Shown in pieces: positions 9,332 to 18,847 of a stretch of 64,000 nucleotides of DNA. The first letter of the stretch is position 1, and each line of letters begins with the position of its first letter. Source of the DNA: a virus; IMG/VR virus record IMGVR_UViG_3300025876_000005, positions 72,643 to 136,642 of that record; one strand, written 5' to 3'. Position numbers and translations under genes: made by a program. The notes beneath the pieces were generated by a model. The model saw only the letters and a list, made by a program, of their open reading frames with translations, had not been told where the DNA came from and ran no database searches.

Positions 9332-10540
9332 ATGACTAAAATTAAAACTAATAGATATTACGAAGACTTTCTCTATTACTATCAGAAGGCAAAGGATCAG
9401 CAGAAGAAATGTAATCTAGGCTCTATTCCGCACCCAGAAAGCGGTATGGATGATAGCTTAATGGAGCATGTTGAACTCTACGACGTAGTAGAGCGTAAGT
9501 TGGCAGGTTTTAGTCAGATCAAGAATGATGTATTCTATGGCTGGTCTAAAGAACACCCATACTGGTCAAAGATGCATGCCGGCAATGTCTCAGCTCAGCG
9601 TAAAGAAGTTGCTACCAACTGGACTGGCAAACAGAAAACATTCGGCATGGCCGAATGGTTCTACGTCTTCTTGCTACATGCTGTAACCGGCAGTGGCATT
9701 AACTATGCTAAGAAGCCATCAGGCTACCACAACTCACTGCTTTTTCATCTACATGAATGTGATACAATTGAAGCTATGTGTGAGGTTGTTAAGACACATC
9801 CTAAGCCGTTCTTTACTTCGGTTGGGTATCAATTTCCAAAGTTCCCGAAGCCGCCTAAGGCTGAACCCAGTGGCTTTGTGGGCATGGAGGATTACTCTAC
9901 TCAATTCCAGTATAAAAAAGGTGGCGACTACTACCTATGTGAGTTTGCACCAAGACTGGTTAGAGAGATGGCAGACTGGATCCAGAAAGAGAACCGCAAG
10001 TTTCCACTTAGAGAACTTGGTGAATGGATGTTTGCATGGAATGAGAAGAATGGCCTGAATGCCTACAGATTCCAGTACGCAGCATTCTTGGCAGATATTG
10101 CAGACTTCTACCCAGAGTATATTGAGCTCTACAGTCCATTCTACTATGGCACAAATGCAGTTGAATGTATTAGCTATCTGGCAGATCCGGTAGGTAAGAT
10201 GAACAAGATTGAATTTTTAGACGAAGTGATGCTGCAGATCAACCGAGATACAGGTGGAAGACCATACGACGCAGAAGATGTTGCATGTGATTATATCCGT
10301 TGGGTTGAGAACTACGTGCGGCCTGGTGCAGCATATGACCATCTGGACTATGATAACCTATGGAACTCATCCAATATTAAGGACCATCCATTTGGTAGAC
10401 AGAAAGCAATGCTGGAACTGGGTATTATCGAAACCTTTAACGGTATGAAACACCACCCGTCAGATGATAAAGTTATTGCCGAGGCCGGTATTACAGTAGA
10501 ACAATACAAAAATATGATAAAAGAGCACTATGTCGCATAA
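9332..10540 (+). CDS. Putative amino acid:DNA transferase (aGPT-pyrophosphorylase-like, HhH glycosylase-related fold)
   Basis: FQYAAFLADIADFYP, FYYGTNA and DAEDVACDYIRW resemble aGPT-PPlase/AADT motifs; lies next to a PLP enzyme. Confidence 0.55.
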   Translation: MTKIKTNRYYEDFLYYYQKAKDQQKKCNLGSIPHPESGMDDSLMEHVELYDVVERKLAGFSQIKNDVFYGWSKEHPYWSKMHAGNVSAQRKEVATNWTGKQKTFGMAEWFYVFLLHAVTGSGINYAKKPSGYHNSLLFHLHECDTIEAMCEVVKTHPKPFFTSVGYQFPKFPKPPKAEPSGFVGMEDYSTQFQYKKGGDYYLCEFAPRLVREMADWIQKENRKFPLRELGEWMFAWNEKNGLNAYRFQYAAFLADIADFYPEYIELYSPFYYGTNAVECISYLADPVGKMNKIEFLDEVMLQINRDTGGRPYDAEDVACDYIRWVENYVRPGAAYDHLDYDNLWNSSNIKDHPFGRQKAMLELGIIETFNGMKHHPSDDKVIAEAGITVEQYKNMIKEHYVA

Positions 10541-11426
10541 TAAACACACAGGATTATTAATCAACCAGGATTTAAACTTGATGATGCCTAATCGTCAGGC
10601 TTGGCTAGATCTAGCCGGTGACTGGCAAGATCCGTTTCCAGACCCAATAGTTACAGAGCACAATGGCTTTAATGTAGTTAGAGAGGACATGATGGGCTTT
10701 GGTTCTAAGTGCCGTTTTGGTGACATCTTAGTAAGCACATGTGAAAAAGATACTCTAGTCTATGTACAACCAAGATACGGTTTTGCAGGTATCTCACTTG
10801 CATATCTGGCCAAGAAGTATAACAAGAAGTTAGTTCTATTTAGTCCAAGTCAAAAGGAGATCTCAGACCACCAGGCGATCTGTATTGAACGTGGCGCTGA
10901 GATGAAGTTTAAGCGTATTGCAGCAATGCCAGTCTTAAACGCACATGCTAAAAAATGGGCAGAAGAGAACGATGCTTTCTTTATACCGCTTGGGCTTAAA
11001 CATGAACTAGTAACTGCAGCAGCTGTTAAAGTAGCTTATGATCTTGCAGAGAAGCAAGGCTATCCACAAGAGGTTTGGTCGGCTATTTCAACCGGTGTTC
11101 TACAAAGATCTTTACAGATTGCATGGCCGGATGCAGATTTTCATGGAGTTGCAGTTGCACGTAACATACAGAAAGGCGAAAGAGGTAGAGCTACATTATG
11201 GTCACATCCAAAGGCTTTTACGCAGAATGTTGATGCAGAATTTTACCCTCCCTTTCCATCTGCACTAAACTACGACGCTAAGGCTTGGGAATTCATGCAG
11301 AAGCATGCCAGCCCTGGAGCCTGGTTCTGGAACGTAGGTGGTGACCCAAAGCCAGAAGACTCGATGACCAAAGTAAACACTAATTCTTACAGAGAATGGG
11401 GTCAAGTTTTAACCGAAGACGTGTAA
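10530..11426 (+). CDS. PLP-dependent enzyme, fold type II (Trp synthase beta-like), probable decarboxylase in base modification
   Basis: VVRED...GSKCR (PLP lysine), GFAGISLAY, STGVL, YDAKAW and WNVG motifs. Confidence 0.7.
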   Translation: MSHNKHTGLLINQDLNLMMPNRQAWLDLAGDWQDPFPDPIVTEHNGFNVVREDMMGFGSKCRFGDILVSTCEKDTLVYVQPRYGFAGISLAYLAKKYNKKLVLFSPSQKEISDHQAICIERGAEMKFKRIAAMPVLNAHAKKWAEENDAFFIPLGLKHELVTAAAVKVAYDLAEKQGYPQEVWSAISTGVLQRSLQIAWPDADFHGVAVARNIQKGERGRATLWSHPKAFTQNVDAEFYPPFPSALNYDAKAWEFMQKHASPGAWFWNVGGDPKPEDSMTKVNTNSYREWGQVLTEDV

Positions 11427-11465
11427 ACAAAAGAGGATTAATCTATAATACTACAAAGAAATAAT

Positions 11466-11930
11466 ATGGCAAACACAGATAATAAATGTTCGGATCTTGA
11501 CGTGGCAGATTTCCACTCAAATGCAGATGACACCTTTGGCTTAATCTTTAACAAGCAGAAAGAATTACAAGAGCGTCTTGGCTTTAATTTTGAAGGCTGG
11601 ACAATCAAAGAAATCGCTGACTTTTGGATGGTTAACAAACATGCATTAAGTGACGAACTCAACGAGATGTTTGATGCCCTAGGCGGTATCAACGACGGTA
11701 TTGGTAACGCAGGCTGGAAGTATTGGAAGCAAGACAATGCAAAAGCTGCTAACATGAAAATTGAAGATCTATCCGAAGCAGACAAATTAGAACTCTTTTA
11801 TGAATGGATTGACGGATTACATTTTTACATGAACTTTGCAATAGCAATTGGTATGACTAGTAAAGATGTTGTTAATCTATACATGGCGAAGAACGCAGAG
11901 AATCACGACAGACAAGAAAGAGGCTACTAA
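11466..11930 (+). CDS. Dimeric all-alpha dUTPase (dUTPase_2/MazG-like)
   Basis: ELNEMFD, WKYWK, EWIDGLHF and Y..KN.EN..RQ..GY motifs. Confidence 0.8.
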   Translation: MANTDNKCSDLDVADFHSNADDTFGLIFNKQKELQERLGFNFEGWTIKEIADFWMVNKHALSDELNEMFDALGGINDGIGNAGWKYWKQDNAKAANMKIEDLSEADKLELFYEWIDGLHFYMNFAIAIGMTSKDVVNLYMAKNAENHDRQERGY

Positions 11931-11950
11931 TTTAAAACAGGATAGAGTAC

Positions 11951-13354
11951 ATGCTATTAGACATTGAGCAGAAAGAAAATGAAGTAATCGTCAGCTACTA
12001 CGATAAGAAAGGCGAAGTTTCATTTAAACGCTATCGCGTAGATAACTTTGAGAATTGGACAGTAGCTGAAGATAACGACAGATACAGAGACCAAAACTTT
12101 AAAAACTGGGACGGCAGAGCAATCAAACGCAAACGCTCAAGAACTTACAACAAATTCAGTCTACTCTATTTTATGGACTCTCTGCCTGAAGCAGATAGAG
12201 AAGAGATCTTTGCATTCAACATGCCAAGAACATACTATGTCGATATTGAGACTGAGATTGTAGATGGCTTTCCAAGACCAGAAGAGGCTAAGAGTCGTAT
12301 CTTAACTTTTTCGATCATTACACCAGAACGTAAAGCAATTGTACTTGGTCTAGATGACTTGAATGCAGAACAGATCAAGAAGATTGAAGATGACACTAAC
12401 GCTCACTTCAAGAACTACGATCAAGACTGGACTTTTAGCTACTACAAGTTTAAGAATGAGTATGATATGCTCTATAACTTCTTGCACAAGTTCTTGCCTA
12501 AGTTTCCAATGATGACCGGCTGGAACTTTATCAACTATGACTGGCAATATATTGTTAATCGCTGTAAGAGGCTACAGATTGATCTAACTGAAGTTGCAAT
12601 CACAGGAGCACTAGACAAAAAAGACTCAAGACCATTACACATGGGTATTCTTGACTATATGCAGCTCTATGATAAGTATGATCGTTCGGTTGCGGTAAAA
12701 GAGTCTAACAAACTTGACTTTGTGTCAAGCCAAGTCTTGAATGTGGCCAAGATTAAATACACAGGTTCACTGCAAGATCTTTACGAGAACAACTTTCAAA
12801 AATATGTTTACTATAACGTAGTTGACTCTGTGTTGGTTTATTATATTGACCAACAGTTAAAGTCAATGGAAGTCCTACTGACCTTATCAACTATTACTAA
12901 AATGCCACTCTATAAAGCAGCCAGCCCCGTTGCAGTAACAGAGTCTTTAATTGCAAGAAAGCTTGCAGAAGACAACGTTAAGATCGGCGTTGAGTATGAC
13001 AAAGAGGACAGTAAGAAAGACGGTCAGTATGAAGGTGCTTTTGTAAAACAACCAATTGTTGGTTATTACTCAGGAGTAAGTGCATTTGACTTTGCATCAC
13101 TGTACCCATCGGTGATGAGGCAGTTTAATATCTCGCCGGATGCTTTCATTGAAATTGTACCGGAAGCTGAAATTGCCGAGCGCAGAAAAGATAATAACGT
13201 AATCGTTTGCGAGAACGGAGTTGTCTATAAAAAGGAAGATTCAATCCTAAAAAAGATCCTCAGCGATCTATATGCACAAAGAAAGGAATACAAGAAGGCT
13301 TCATATGCTTATTATGAAAAAGCACATGAACTTCAAAAAAAATTTAGGCTCTAA
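11951..13354 (+). CDS. gp43: Family-B DNA polymerase, N-terminal part (3'-5' exonuclease, motif A, first finger helix); gp43A-like
   Basis: YVDIETE, GWNFINYD, YNVVDS, YEGAFV and DFASLYPS are present; the ORF ends after LYAQRKEYK without motifs B and C. Confidence 0.9.
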   Translation: MLLDIEQKENEVIVSYYDKKGEVSFKRYRVDNFENWTVAEDNDRYRDQNFKNWDGRAIKRKRSRTYNKFSLLYFMDSLPEADREEIFAFNMPRTYYVDIETEIVDGFPRPEEAKSRILTFSIITPERKAIVLGLDDLNAEQIKKIEDDTNAHFKNYDQDWTFSYYKFKNEYDMLYNFLHKFLPKFPMMTGWNFINYDWQYIVNRCKRLQIDLTEVAITGALDKKDSRPLHMGILDYMQLYDKYDRSVAVKESNKLDFVSSQVLNVAKIKYTGSLQDLYENNFQKYVYYNVVDSVLVYYIDQQLKSMEVLLTLSTITKMPLYKAASPVAVTESLIARKLAEDNVKIGVEYDKEDSKKDGQYEGAFVKQPIVGYYSGVSAFDFASLYPSVMRQFNISPDAFIEIVPEAEIAERRKDNNVIVCENGVVYKKEDSILKKILSDLYAQRKEYKKASYAYYEKAHELQKKFRL

Positions 13355-13367
13355 TTTAGAAAGAACC

Positions 13368-13406
13368 AGCAGCCTGTTTGATATATAAAAAACAAGCAGC
13401 GCTGCT
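13368..13406 (+). promoter_or_regulatory. Inverted repeat whose loop contains the GATATATA late-type motif
   Basis: AGCAGC-CTGTTTG ... CAAGCAG-C-GCTGCT; GATATATA at 13380-13387. Confidence 0.55.
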
Positions 13407-13505
13407 AGTGTCTTACTAATAAAAAACGATTAATCGGAACAAGGTCTACCCTAATAAGCAGGCCTTTTTTAGACTAATCTGCAATTGTAAAAAAACTAGC
13501 AAATA

Positions 13506-14513
13506 ATGTCACTATTTAAAGAAAGAATAGAATTTAAGCCTTTTGAGTACCCGGAGTATTATACCGAGGGTTGGCTGAAACAAGCTCAAGCGTTCTGGTT
13601 ACACACAGAGATCTCTATGCAAGGAGATGTAAAAGACTGGAATGAAAGAATGGAAGCACATGAAAAGAACCTGGTAGGCAATATTTTGCTAGGTTTTGCA
13701 CAAACTGAATGTGCAGTTTCAGATTACTGGACTGGTATGGTAACAAAGTGGTTTCCGAAGCATGAAATCAAGCAAATGGCAATGATGTTTGGCTCACAAG
13801 AGACTATTCATGCCACTGCATACTCATATCTAAATGAAACTCTAGGACTAGAGGACTTCACTGCATTCTTACACGAACCAGCAACAGCTGAAAAGTTTGA
13901 GCATTTAACCTCAACCGAAGCTGATTGGACTCATGACGATCTTGCCGAAAACTCAAATGCAAGAAGACAAGTTGCTAGATCTTTAGCAATCTTTAGTGCC
14001 TTTGCAGAAGGCGTTTCACTCTATTCTTCATTTGCGGTACTCTACTCGTTCCAAATGAGAAACTTATTAAAAGGTATTGGTCAGCAAATGAAATGGTCAG
14101 TACGTGATGAGTCTCTACACTCTAAAATGGGTTGTCAACTCTTCAGACACATGACTGATGAATACCCAGATCTAAAAGAACAGGTTAAAGACGATGTTGT
14201 TAGAGCTGCTCAACTAATGGTTGAAATGGAGCACAAATTCATCGATAAGATGTTTGAAATGGGTAATCTTGAAAACCTTAAGAAAGAAGATCTTAAGAGC
14301 TTTATTACCAAAAGAGCCAATGAAAAAATTGCAGAACTTGGTTACACAGAAGGCCCTTTCATGGAATATGATGAAGAGAGCGCTAGTCAACTAGACTGGT
14401 TCTACCATCTAACCGGTGGCCACACACATACCGACTTCTTTGCAGTTCGACCAACTGACTATTCAAAAGCAGGCGAAGACGAAAACTGGGACGAAGATGA
14501 CTTATTCGACTAA
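13506..14513 (+). CDS. nrdB: Ribonucleotide reductase class Ia beta subunit
   Basis: FWLHTE, QETIHATAY, EGVSLYSSF and RDESLH di-iron motifs; C-terminal DFF..RPTDYS. Confidence 0.95.
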   Translation: MSLFKERIEFKPFEYPEYYTEGWLKQAQAFWLHTEISMQGDVKDWNERMEAHEKNLVGNILLGFAQTECAVSDYWTGMVTKWFPKHEIKQMAMMFGSQETIHATAYSYLNETLGLEDFTAFLHEPATAEKFEHLTSTEADWTHDDLAENSNARRQVARSLAIFSAFAEGVSLYSSFAVLYSFQMRNLLKGIGQQMKWSVRDESLHSKMGCQLFRHMTDEYPDLKEQVKDDVVRAAQLMVEMEHKFIDKMFEMGNLENLKKEDLKSFITKRANEKIAELGYTEGPFMEYDEESASQLDWFYHLTGGHTHTDFFAVRPTDYSKAGEDENWDEDDLFD

Positions 14514-14526
14514 TTAATTATACACG

Positions 14527-16380
14527 ATGTTTAAAATGTTTAAAAAAGAAGATACAGACCGCACTGAAGTGGTTAATTACGCAGCAGACTTAGGCTGGGA
14601 AATCGGAGTAGATTTTCCAACATGGGCTAACACTGAAATCTACGTAAAAACAATCAGCAGAGGCTATCTGTTAGAAGGTGAAACACCGAAAGATGCTTAC
14701 TGGAGAGTTGCAACTACAACTGCTAAAAGACTGCAAAAGCCAGAAATGGCAAGCAAGTTCTTTGACTACATCTGGAAAGGCTGGTTAAACCTAGCATCTC
14801 CAGTACTTTCAAACACTGGAACTGAGCGCGGTCTACCAATCTCTTGTTTTGGGATTGATGTCGCAGACTCAATTGCAGATATTGGCGGTAAGAATCTAGA
14901 GATGATGCTCTTAGCAAAACATGGCGGTGGTGTTGGTATTGGTGTTAACCAGATCAGATCTGCTGGATCTACGATCCGCGGTAATGGAACTTCAGACGGT
15001 GTTGTACCTTTTATTAAGATCTATGACTCAACTATCCTAGCTACTAATCAAGGAAGTGTAAGACGTGGCGCAGCTTCGGTTAACATTGACATTGAGCATG
15101 GTGACTTTTGGGAATGGTTAGAAATACGTGAACCAAAGGGTGACGTTAATCGCCAGTCTTTAAATATCCACCAGTGTGTGATTGTACCAGATGGTTTTAT
15201 GCAAAAGGTAGAAGCCGGTGATAAAGAAGCACGTAAAAGATGGGCTGCAGTGCTTAGAAAACGTAGAGCAACAGGTGAGCCTTATATCATGTTTAAAGGT
15301 AATGTGAACAGTGCAAATCCAGATGCTTACAAGAACAATGGTCTAAAGGTTTATATGACCAACATTTGTTCTGAGATTGCACTACATACAGATGAGAACC
15401 ACTCTTTTGTATGTTGTTTAAGTTCATTGAACCTGGCAAAATATGATGAGTGGAAAGACACAGATCTAATCTACACTGCAACATGGTTCTTGGATGGAGT
15501 ACTTGAAGAATTTATCCAGAAAGCAAAATACATGCGTGGTTTTGAGAATAGCGTGAGATCAGCAGAAAAAGGTAGAGCTTTAGGACTTGGAGTCTTGGGC
15601 TGGCACACTTACCTGCAAGAGCACAATATTCCATTCGAAGGCCTAACAGCTCAGTTTGAAACACGTAAGATCTTCTCTCAACTAAAGACTGAAAGTGAGA
15701 AGGCAAGCCGAGATCTAGCCAAAGAATATGGTGAACCTCTATGGTGCGTTGGCACCGGCATGCGTAATACGCACCTGAGAGCCGTTGCGCCAACTGTGAG
15801 CAACTCAAAACTTGCTGGTAACTATTCACCAGGTATTGAGCCTTGGGCTGCTAACGTATTCACAGAACAAACTGCAAAGGGTACTTTTATTCGTAAGAAC
15901 CCAACGTTAGAACAAGCTTTAGATCTAATCGGTAAGAATACAAAAGACACTTGGGATAAGATCCTAGAAGATGGTGGTAGTGTACAAGGTCTAGATTGGA
16001 TGGATGATTATCACGTACATATCGGTGAGGCTCTAGATAAAGATTGGGGCACTCCGATCCATAAAGATAAATTGAAAGAAGCGCCAGAAGCAGCCGAAGA
16101 TCAGTTTATTCCAATGAAAGATGTATACAAGACCTTTAAAGAAATTAACCAACTTGAGCTGGTAAAACAGGCTGGAGTGAGACAACAATATGTTGACCAA
16201 GCAGTCTCTTTGAACTTAGCGTTTCCAATTGAGGCAACACCTAAGTTTATCAACCAAGTGCACCTAGAAGCTTACAATCAAGGTATTAAGACGCTCTATT
16301 ACATGAGAACAGAGTCAGTACTGAGAGGCGATATTGCAACAAGAGCAATGGATCCAGATTGTATCAGCTGTGATGGATAA
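14527..16380 (+). CDS. nrdA: Ribonucleotide reductase class Ia alpha subunit (no ATP cone)
   Basis: PISCF, TNICSEI, CCLSSLNL, APTVSNS, KTLYY and C-terminal CISCDG. Confidence 0.95.
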   Translation: MFKMFKKEDTDRTEVVNYAADLGWEIGVDFPTWANTEIYVKTISRGYLLEGETPKDAYWRVATTTAKRLQKPEMASKFFDYIWKGWLNLASPVLSNTGTERGLPISCFGIDVADSIADIGGKNLEMMLLAKHGGGVGIGVNQIRSAGSTIRGNGTSDGVVPFIKIYDSTILATNQGSVRRGAASVNIDIEHGDFWEWLEIREPKGDVNRQSLNIHQCVIVPDGFMQKVEAGDKEARKRWAAVLRKRRATGEPYIMFKGNVNSANPDAYKNNGLKVYMTNICSEIALHTDENHSFVCCLSSLNLAKYDEWKDTDLIYTATWFLDGVLEEFIQKAKYMRGFENSVRSAEKGRALGLGVLGWHTYLQEHNIPFEGLTAQFETRKIFSQLKTESEKASRDLAKEYGEPLWCVGTGMRNTHLRAVAPTVSNSKLAGNYSPGIEPWAANVFTEQTAKGTFIRKNPTLEQALDLIGKNTKDTWDKILEDGGSVQGLDWMDDYHVHIGEALDKDWGTPIHKDKLKEAPEAAEDQFIPMKDVYKTFKEINQLELVKQAGVRQQYVDQAVSLNLAFPIEATPKFINQVHLEAYNQGIKTLYYMRTESVLRGDIATRAMDPDCISCDG

Positions 16381-16388
16381 GAAATCCG

Positions 16389-16432
16389 GTGGTATGAAAC
16401 AGGACCACATTTAGGACCGTTATAGTTAACGG
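16389..16432 (+). other. Candidate structured RNA (two hairpins) after nrdA
   Basis: GTGGT/ACCAC and CCGTTA/TAACGG stems joined by ATTTAGGA. Confidence 0.35.
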
Positions 16433-16434
16433 GT

Positions 16435-16474
16435 TGGGCAGAGAAAAGTTCGCTACTATCTCTGCCCTTTTTAT
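16435..16474 (+). terminator. Intrinsic terminator
   Basis: GGGCAGAG / CTCTGCCC stem followed by a T-run. Confidence 0.75.
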
Positions 16475-16526
16475 TGAAACTGTTTGCTCTTTTCACATAC
16501 AATAACTAAACATAAATTAAAAAAAT

Positions 16527-17270
16527 ATGAAGTTAAAAATTGATCGTATTGACCAGCACGCGTTGACCAACTTTATCAATCGCGTTAAGCTAATTGACTC
16601 TTTCATCTACATGAAAATCACTAATGGTAGAATCGAGTCTTCTGTTTATTTACCGCAGAGAGATGCAGTAAAGAGCCATGTTGTAAACATGGACCAGATT
16701 TTCCAGACCAATGAGATTGTACCTAGTGACAAAGCCCTAAAGATTGCATTCTTCGATGGTGTTAAAGTTATTGAAGCAATCAAACACTTTGAACATGATG
16801 CTATTAAAGGTGAAATTGAATTCATCGAGAATGATGAAGAATACGTAGCATCTACGTTTAGAATCTACAACGATGAGTTAGAAATTAAGCTATCTTGTTC
16901 AGAACCATCATTGGGCTTTAAAGATCTTACAAAAGAGCAACAAGAAGCTATCTTCTCAAGAGATAATAGTGCATTCAACTTTGAGATCGATACTCATATG
17001 ATTAACAAAGTAAAGAACTTGTTTAATCTAGACACAGAAGAAACATTTAGTATTAAAGCTAACGGTAAAGGAGTTAACGTTGATGGTAAATCATTTAGCG
17101 TTGTGATTAATCCAGAAAGCAAAGGCTCTGGTAAGGCTACAGTCTATAAGAAGTATTTGAACCTGTTAGACAGGGAAGAACAAAACGTGTTCGTATCGAG
17201 CTCGAAAGTTGTCTTCCAGTCTAAGGATTCAGAAACACTATTAACTGTATCAACTTGCCAAACAGCTTAA
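16527..17270 (+). CDS. gp45: Probable sliding clamp (gp45-like)
   Basis: 247 aa, beta-rich, directly upstream of the polymerase C-terminal gene. Assignment rests on size and context; preceded by AAAC-N17-TACAA. Confidence 0.55.
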   Translation: MKLKIDRIDQHALTNFINRVKLIDSFIYMKITNGRIESSVYLPQRDAVKSHVVNMDQIFQTNEIVPSDKALKIAFFDGVKVIEAIKHFEHDAIKGEIEFIENDEEYVASTFRIYNDELEIKLSCSEPSLGFKDLTKEQQEAIFSRDNSAFNFEIDTHMINKVKNLFNLDTEETFSIKANGKGVNVDGKSFSVVINPESKGSGKATVYKKYLNLLDREEQNVFVSSSKVVFQSKDSETLLTVSTCQTA

Positions 17271-17273
17271 TAA

Positions 17274-18482
17274 ATGGATATAAAAGAGTTAGAAAATAAA
17301 CCAATAGATCAATTGACTGATGCTGACGCTAAGCTGCTTGTAGATCACTACAAGCAGCTTTCAGCAAAGTATACAGCTTATGAGCAGGCGGTTAAGTTAA
17401 CTCTTAACTCGATCTACGGAGCCTTTGGTAACAAATGGTTTCACTTCTTCAATATCGACATTGCAGAGTCAATTACAAAACAGGGTAAGAATGCTATTCT
17501 CTACTCAGAGTCAATCTTGAACAAATATGTTCAAGAATTTTGGCATAAAGACACTGCAGTTCACGAGCAATTCGGTATTAAAGTAAAGGGTAAAATAGAG
17601 AAGCCAGCTGTAATCTACATCGATACTGACTCATGTTACGTTCAGTTTCAAGATGTTTATGAGTCTATCATCTGGGAAGATGAAAGTAAGAAGATGTCAA
17701 TTGACGAGTTTATCTTAGCACTTTATGGCTTTAGACTTAATAATTATATTGTTAAGTGTATGGAGATGTACGCTGAGAAACGTAATACTGATAACTTCTT
17801 AATGTTTGAGCTTGAGACTATTGCATATAATGGTATCTGGATGAGCAAGAAGAAGTACATTCAGAATATTGCATGGGACGATAAACTAGAGAAGACCGAT
17901 CGACATGCGCCTCTGAAAAAGATTAAGACGATTGGATATGATACTATTCAATCTTCAACACCAGCATTTGTAAGAGCAAAACTAGTTGAAGCACTTAAAA
18001 TTATATTTAAGAGCGCTAAAACACCAAGTGCTGAAGAATTACAAGAACTTGTTCAATTCATGAAGCAGGTCAGAAAAGAGTTCCAGCTTGCAGATATTGA
18101 CGAGATCTCATTTAACAGAAGGACAAACAATATTGAGAAATATATTGTTGACGACCAGATTGAATTTCAAGTTGGTCTAAAATGTCCGGCCAATGTTAAA
18201 GCAGCAGGTTACTACAACTACCTGCTTAATATGAACTCTAAATTTAAAACAAAGTATAAAGTAATTGGTAACGGTGAGAAGCTAAAGATCTACAACTGTA
18301 AGAGTCCAATCAGTGAAGTTTATGCCTATCTACCAGGTGAACATCCTTATGAGTTTGCACCAGAGATAGACTACGACACTCAGTTTGAAAAGGCAATGAT
18401 TGACCCGTTAAACAGAGTACTTACAGCAATCGGTCTACAGACACTTGACACTAATCTACTTTATGCATCAGCACTATTTTAA
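17274..18482 (+). CDS. gp43: Family-B DNA polymerase, C-terminal part (second finger helix, palm, thumb); gp43B-like
   Basis: KLTLNSIYGAFG (motif B), YIDTDS (motif C) and KKKY. Confidence 0.9.
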   Translation: MDIKELENKPIDQLTDADAKLLVDHYKQLSAKYTAYEQAVKLTLNSIYGAFGNKWFHFFNIDIAESITKQGKNAILYSESILNKYVQEFWHKDTAVHEQFGIKVKGKIEKPAVIYIDTDSCYVQFQDVYESIIWEDESKKMSIDEFILALYGFRLNNYIVKCMEMYAEKRNTDNFLMFELETIAYNGIWMSKKKYIQNIAWDDKLEKTDRHAPLKKIKTIGYDTIQSSTPAFVRAKLVEALKIIFKSAKTPSAEELQELVQFMKQVRKEFQLADIDEISFNRRTNNIEKYIVDDQIEFQVGLKCPANVKAAGYYNYLLNMNSKFKTKYKVIGNGEKLKIYNCKSPISEVYAYLPGEHPYEFAPEIDYDTQFEKAMIDPLNRVLTAIGLQTLDTNLLYASALF

Positions 18483-18484
18483 TT

Positions 18485-18676
18485 ATGGACAATTTTTACG
18501 AAGTAATCAGACAAATGGCAAAAGACACTCCTAATGATTCAGAATTAGGCTGTAAAATAAGACACTTGTTTTGCCAGATTAACAAAGAGAACGCTAAAAA
18601 GCTAAATGCTCAAAAAGCAGCATCTAATCAGATCGATCTTGAGGACATGATAAACGAAGTCAACAATGGAGATTAG
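18485..18676 (+). CDS. Small hypothetical protein
   Basis: 63-aa ORF tightly packed in the operon; PNDSELGCKIR. Confidence 0.55.
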   Translation: MDNFYEVIRQMAKDTPNDSELGCKIRHLFCQINKENAKKLNAQKAASNQIDLEDMINEVNNGD

Positions 18677-18845
18677 TATGAATAAAGAACAACATGAGTT
18701 TGTTCTAAAATATCAAAAGATCTACGATCGACTTGCTCAGTTAGAGGGCAGAATGCAGGAACTGCAGGCAGAAAGCCAGGCCTTAATCGAAGAGCTTGAA
18801 ACATTACGTGAAGAAGAACGTACAAAATTTAAAACAGAAGAATAA
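18666..18845 (+). CDS. Small coiled-coil protein (59 aa, not in the ORF track)
   Basis: MEISMNKEQHEFVLKYQKIYDRLAQLEGRMQELQAESQALIEELETLREEERTKFKTEE fills the gap before uvsX. Confidence 0.6.
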   Translation: MEISMNKEQHEFVLKYQKIYDRLAQLEGRMQELQAESQALIEELETLREEERTKFKTEE

Positions 18846-18847
18846 TT

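Noticed and set aside
16385-16432. Pistol or HDV-like ribozyme reading of the post-nrdA element
   Set aside because: I could not find the required pseudoknot pairings or catalytic-core residues.
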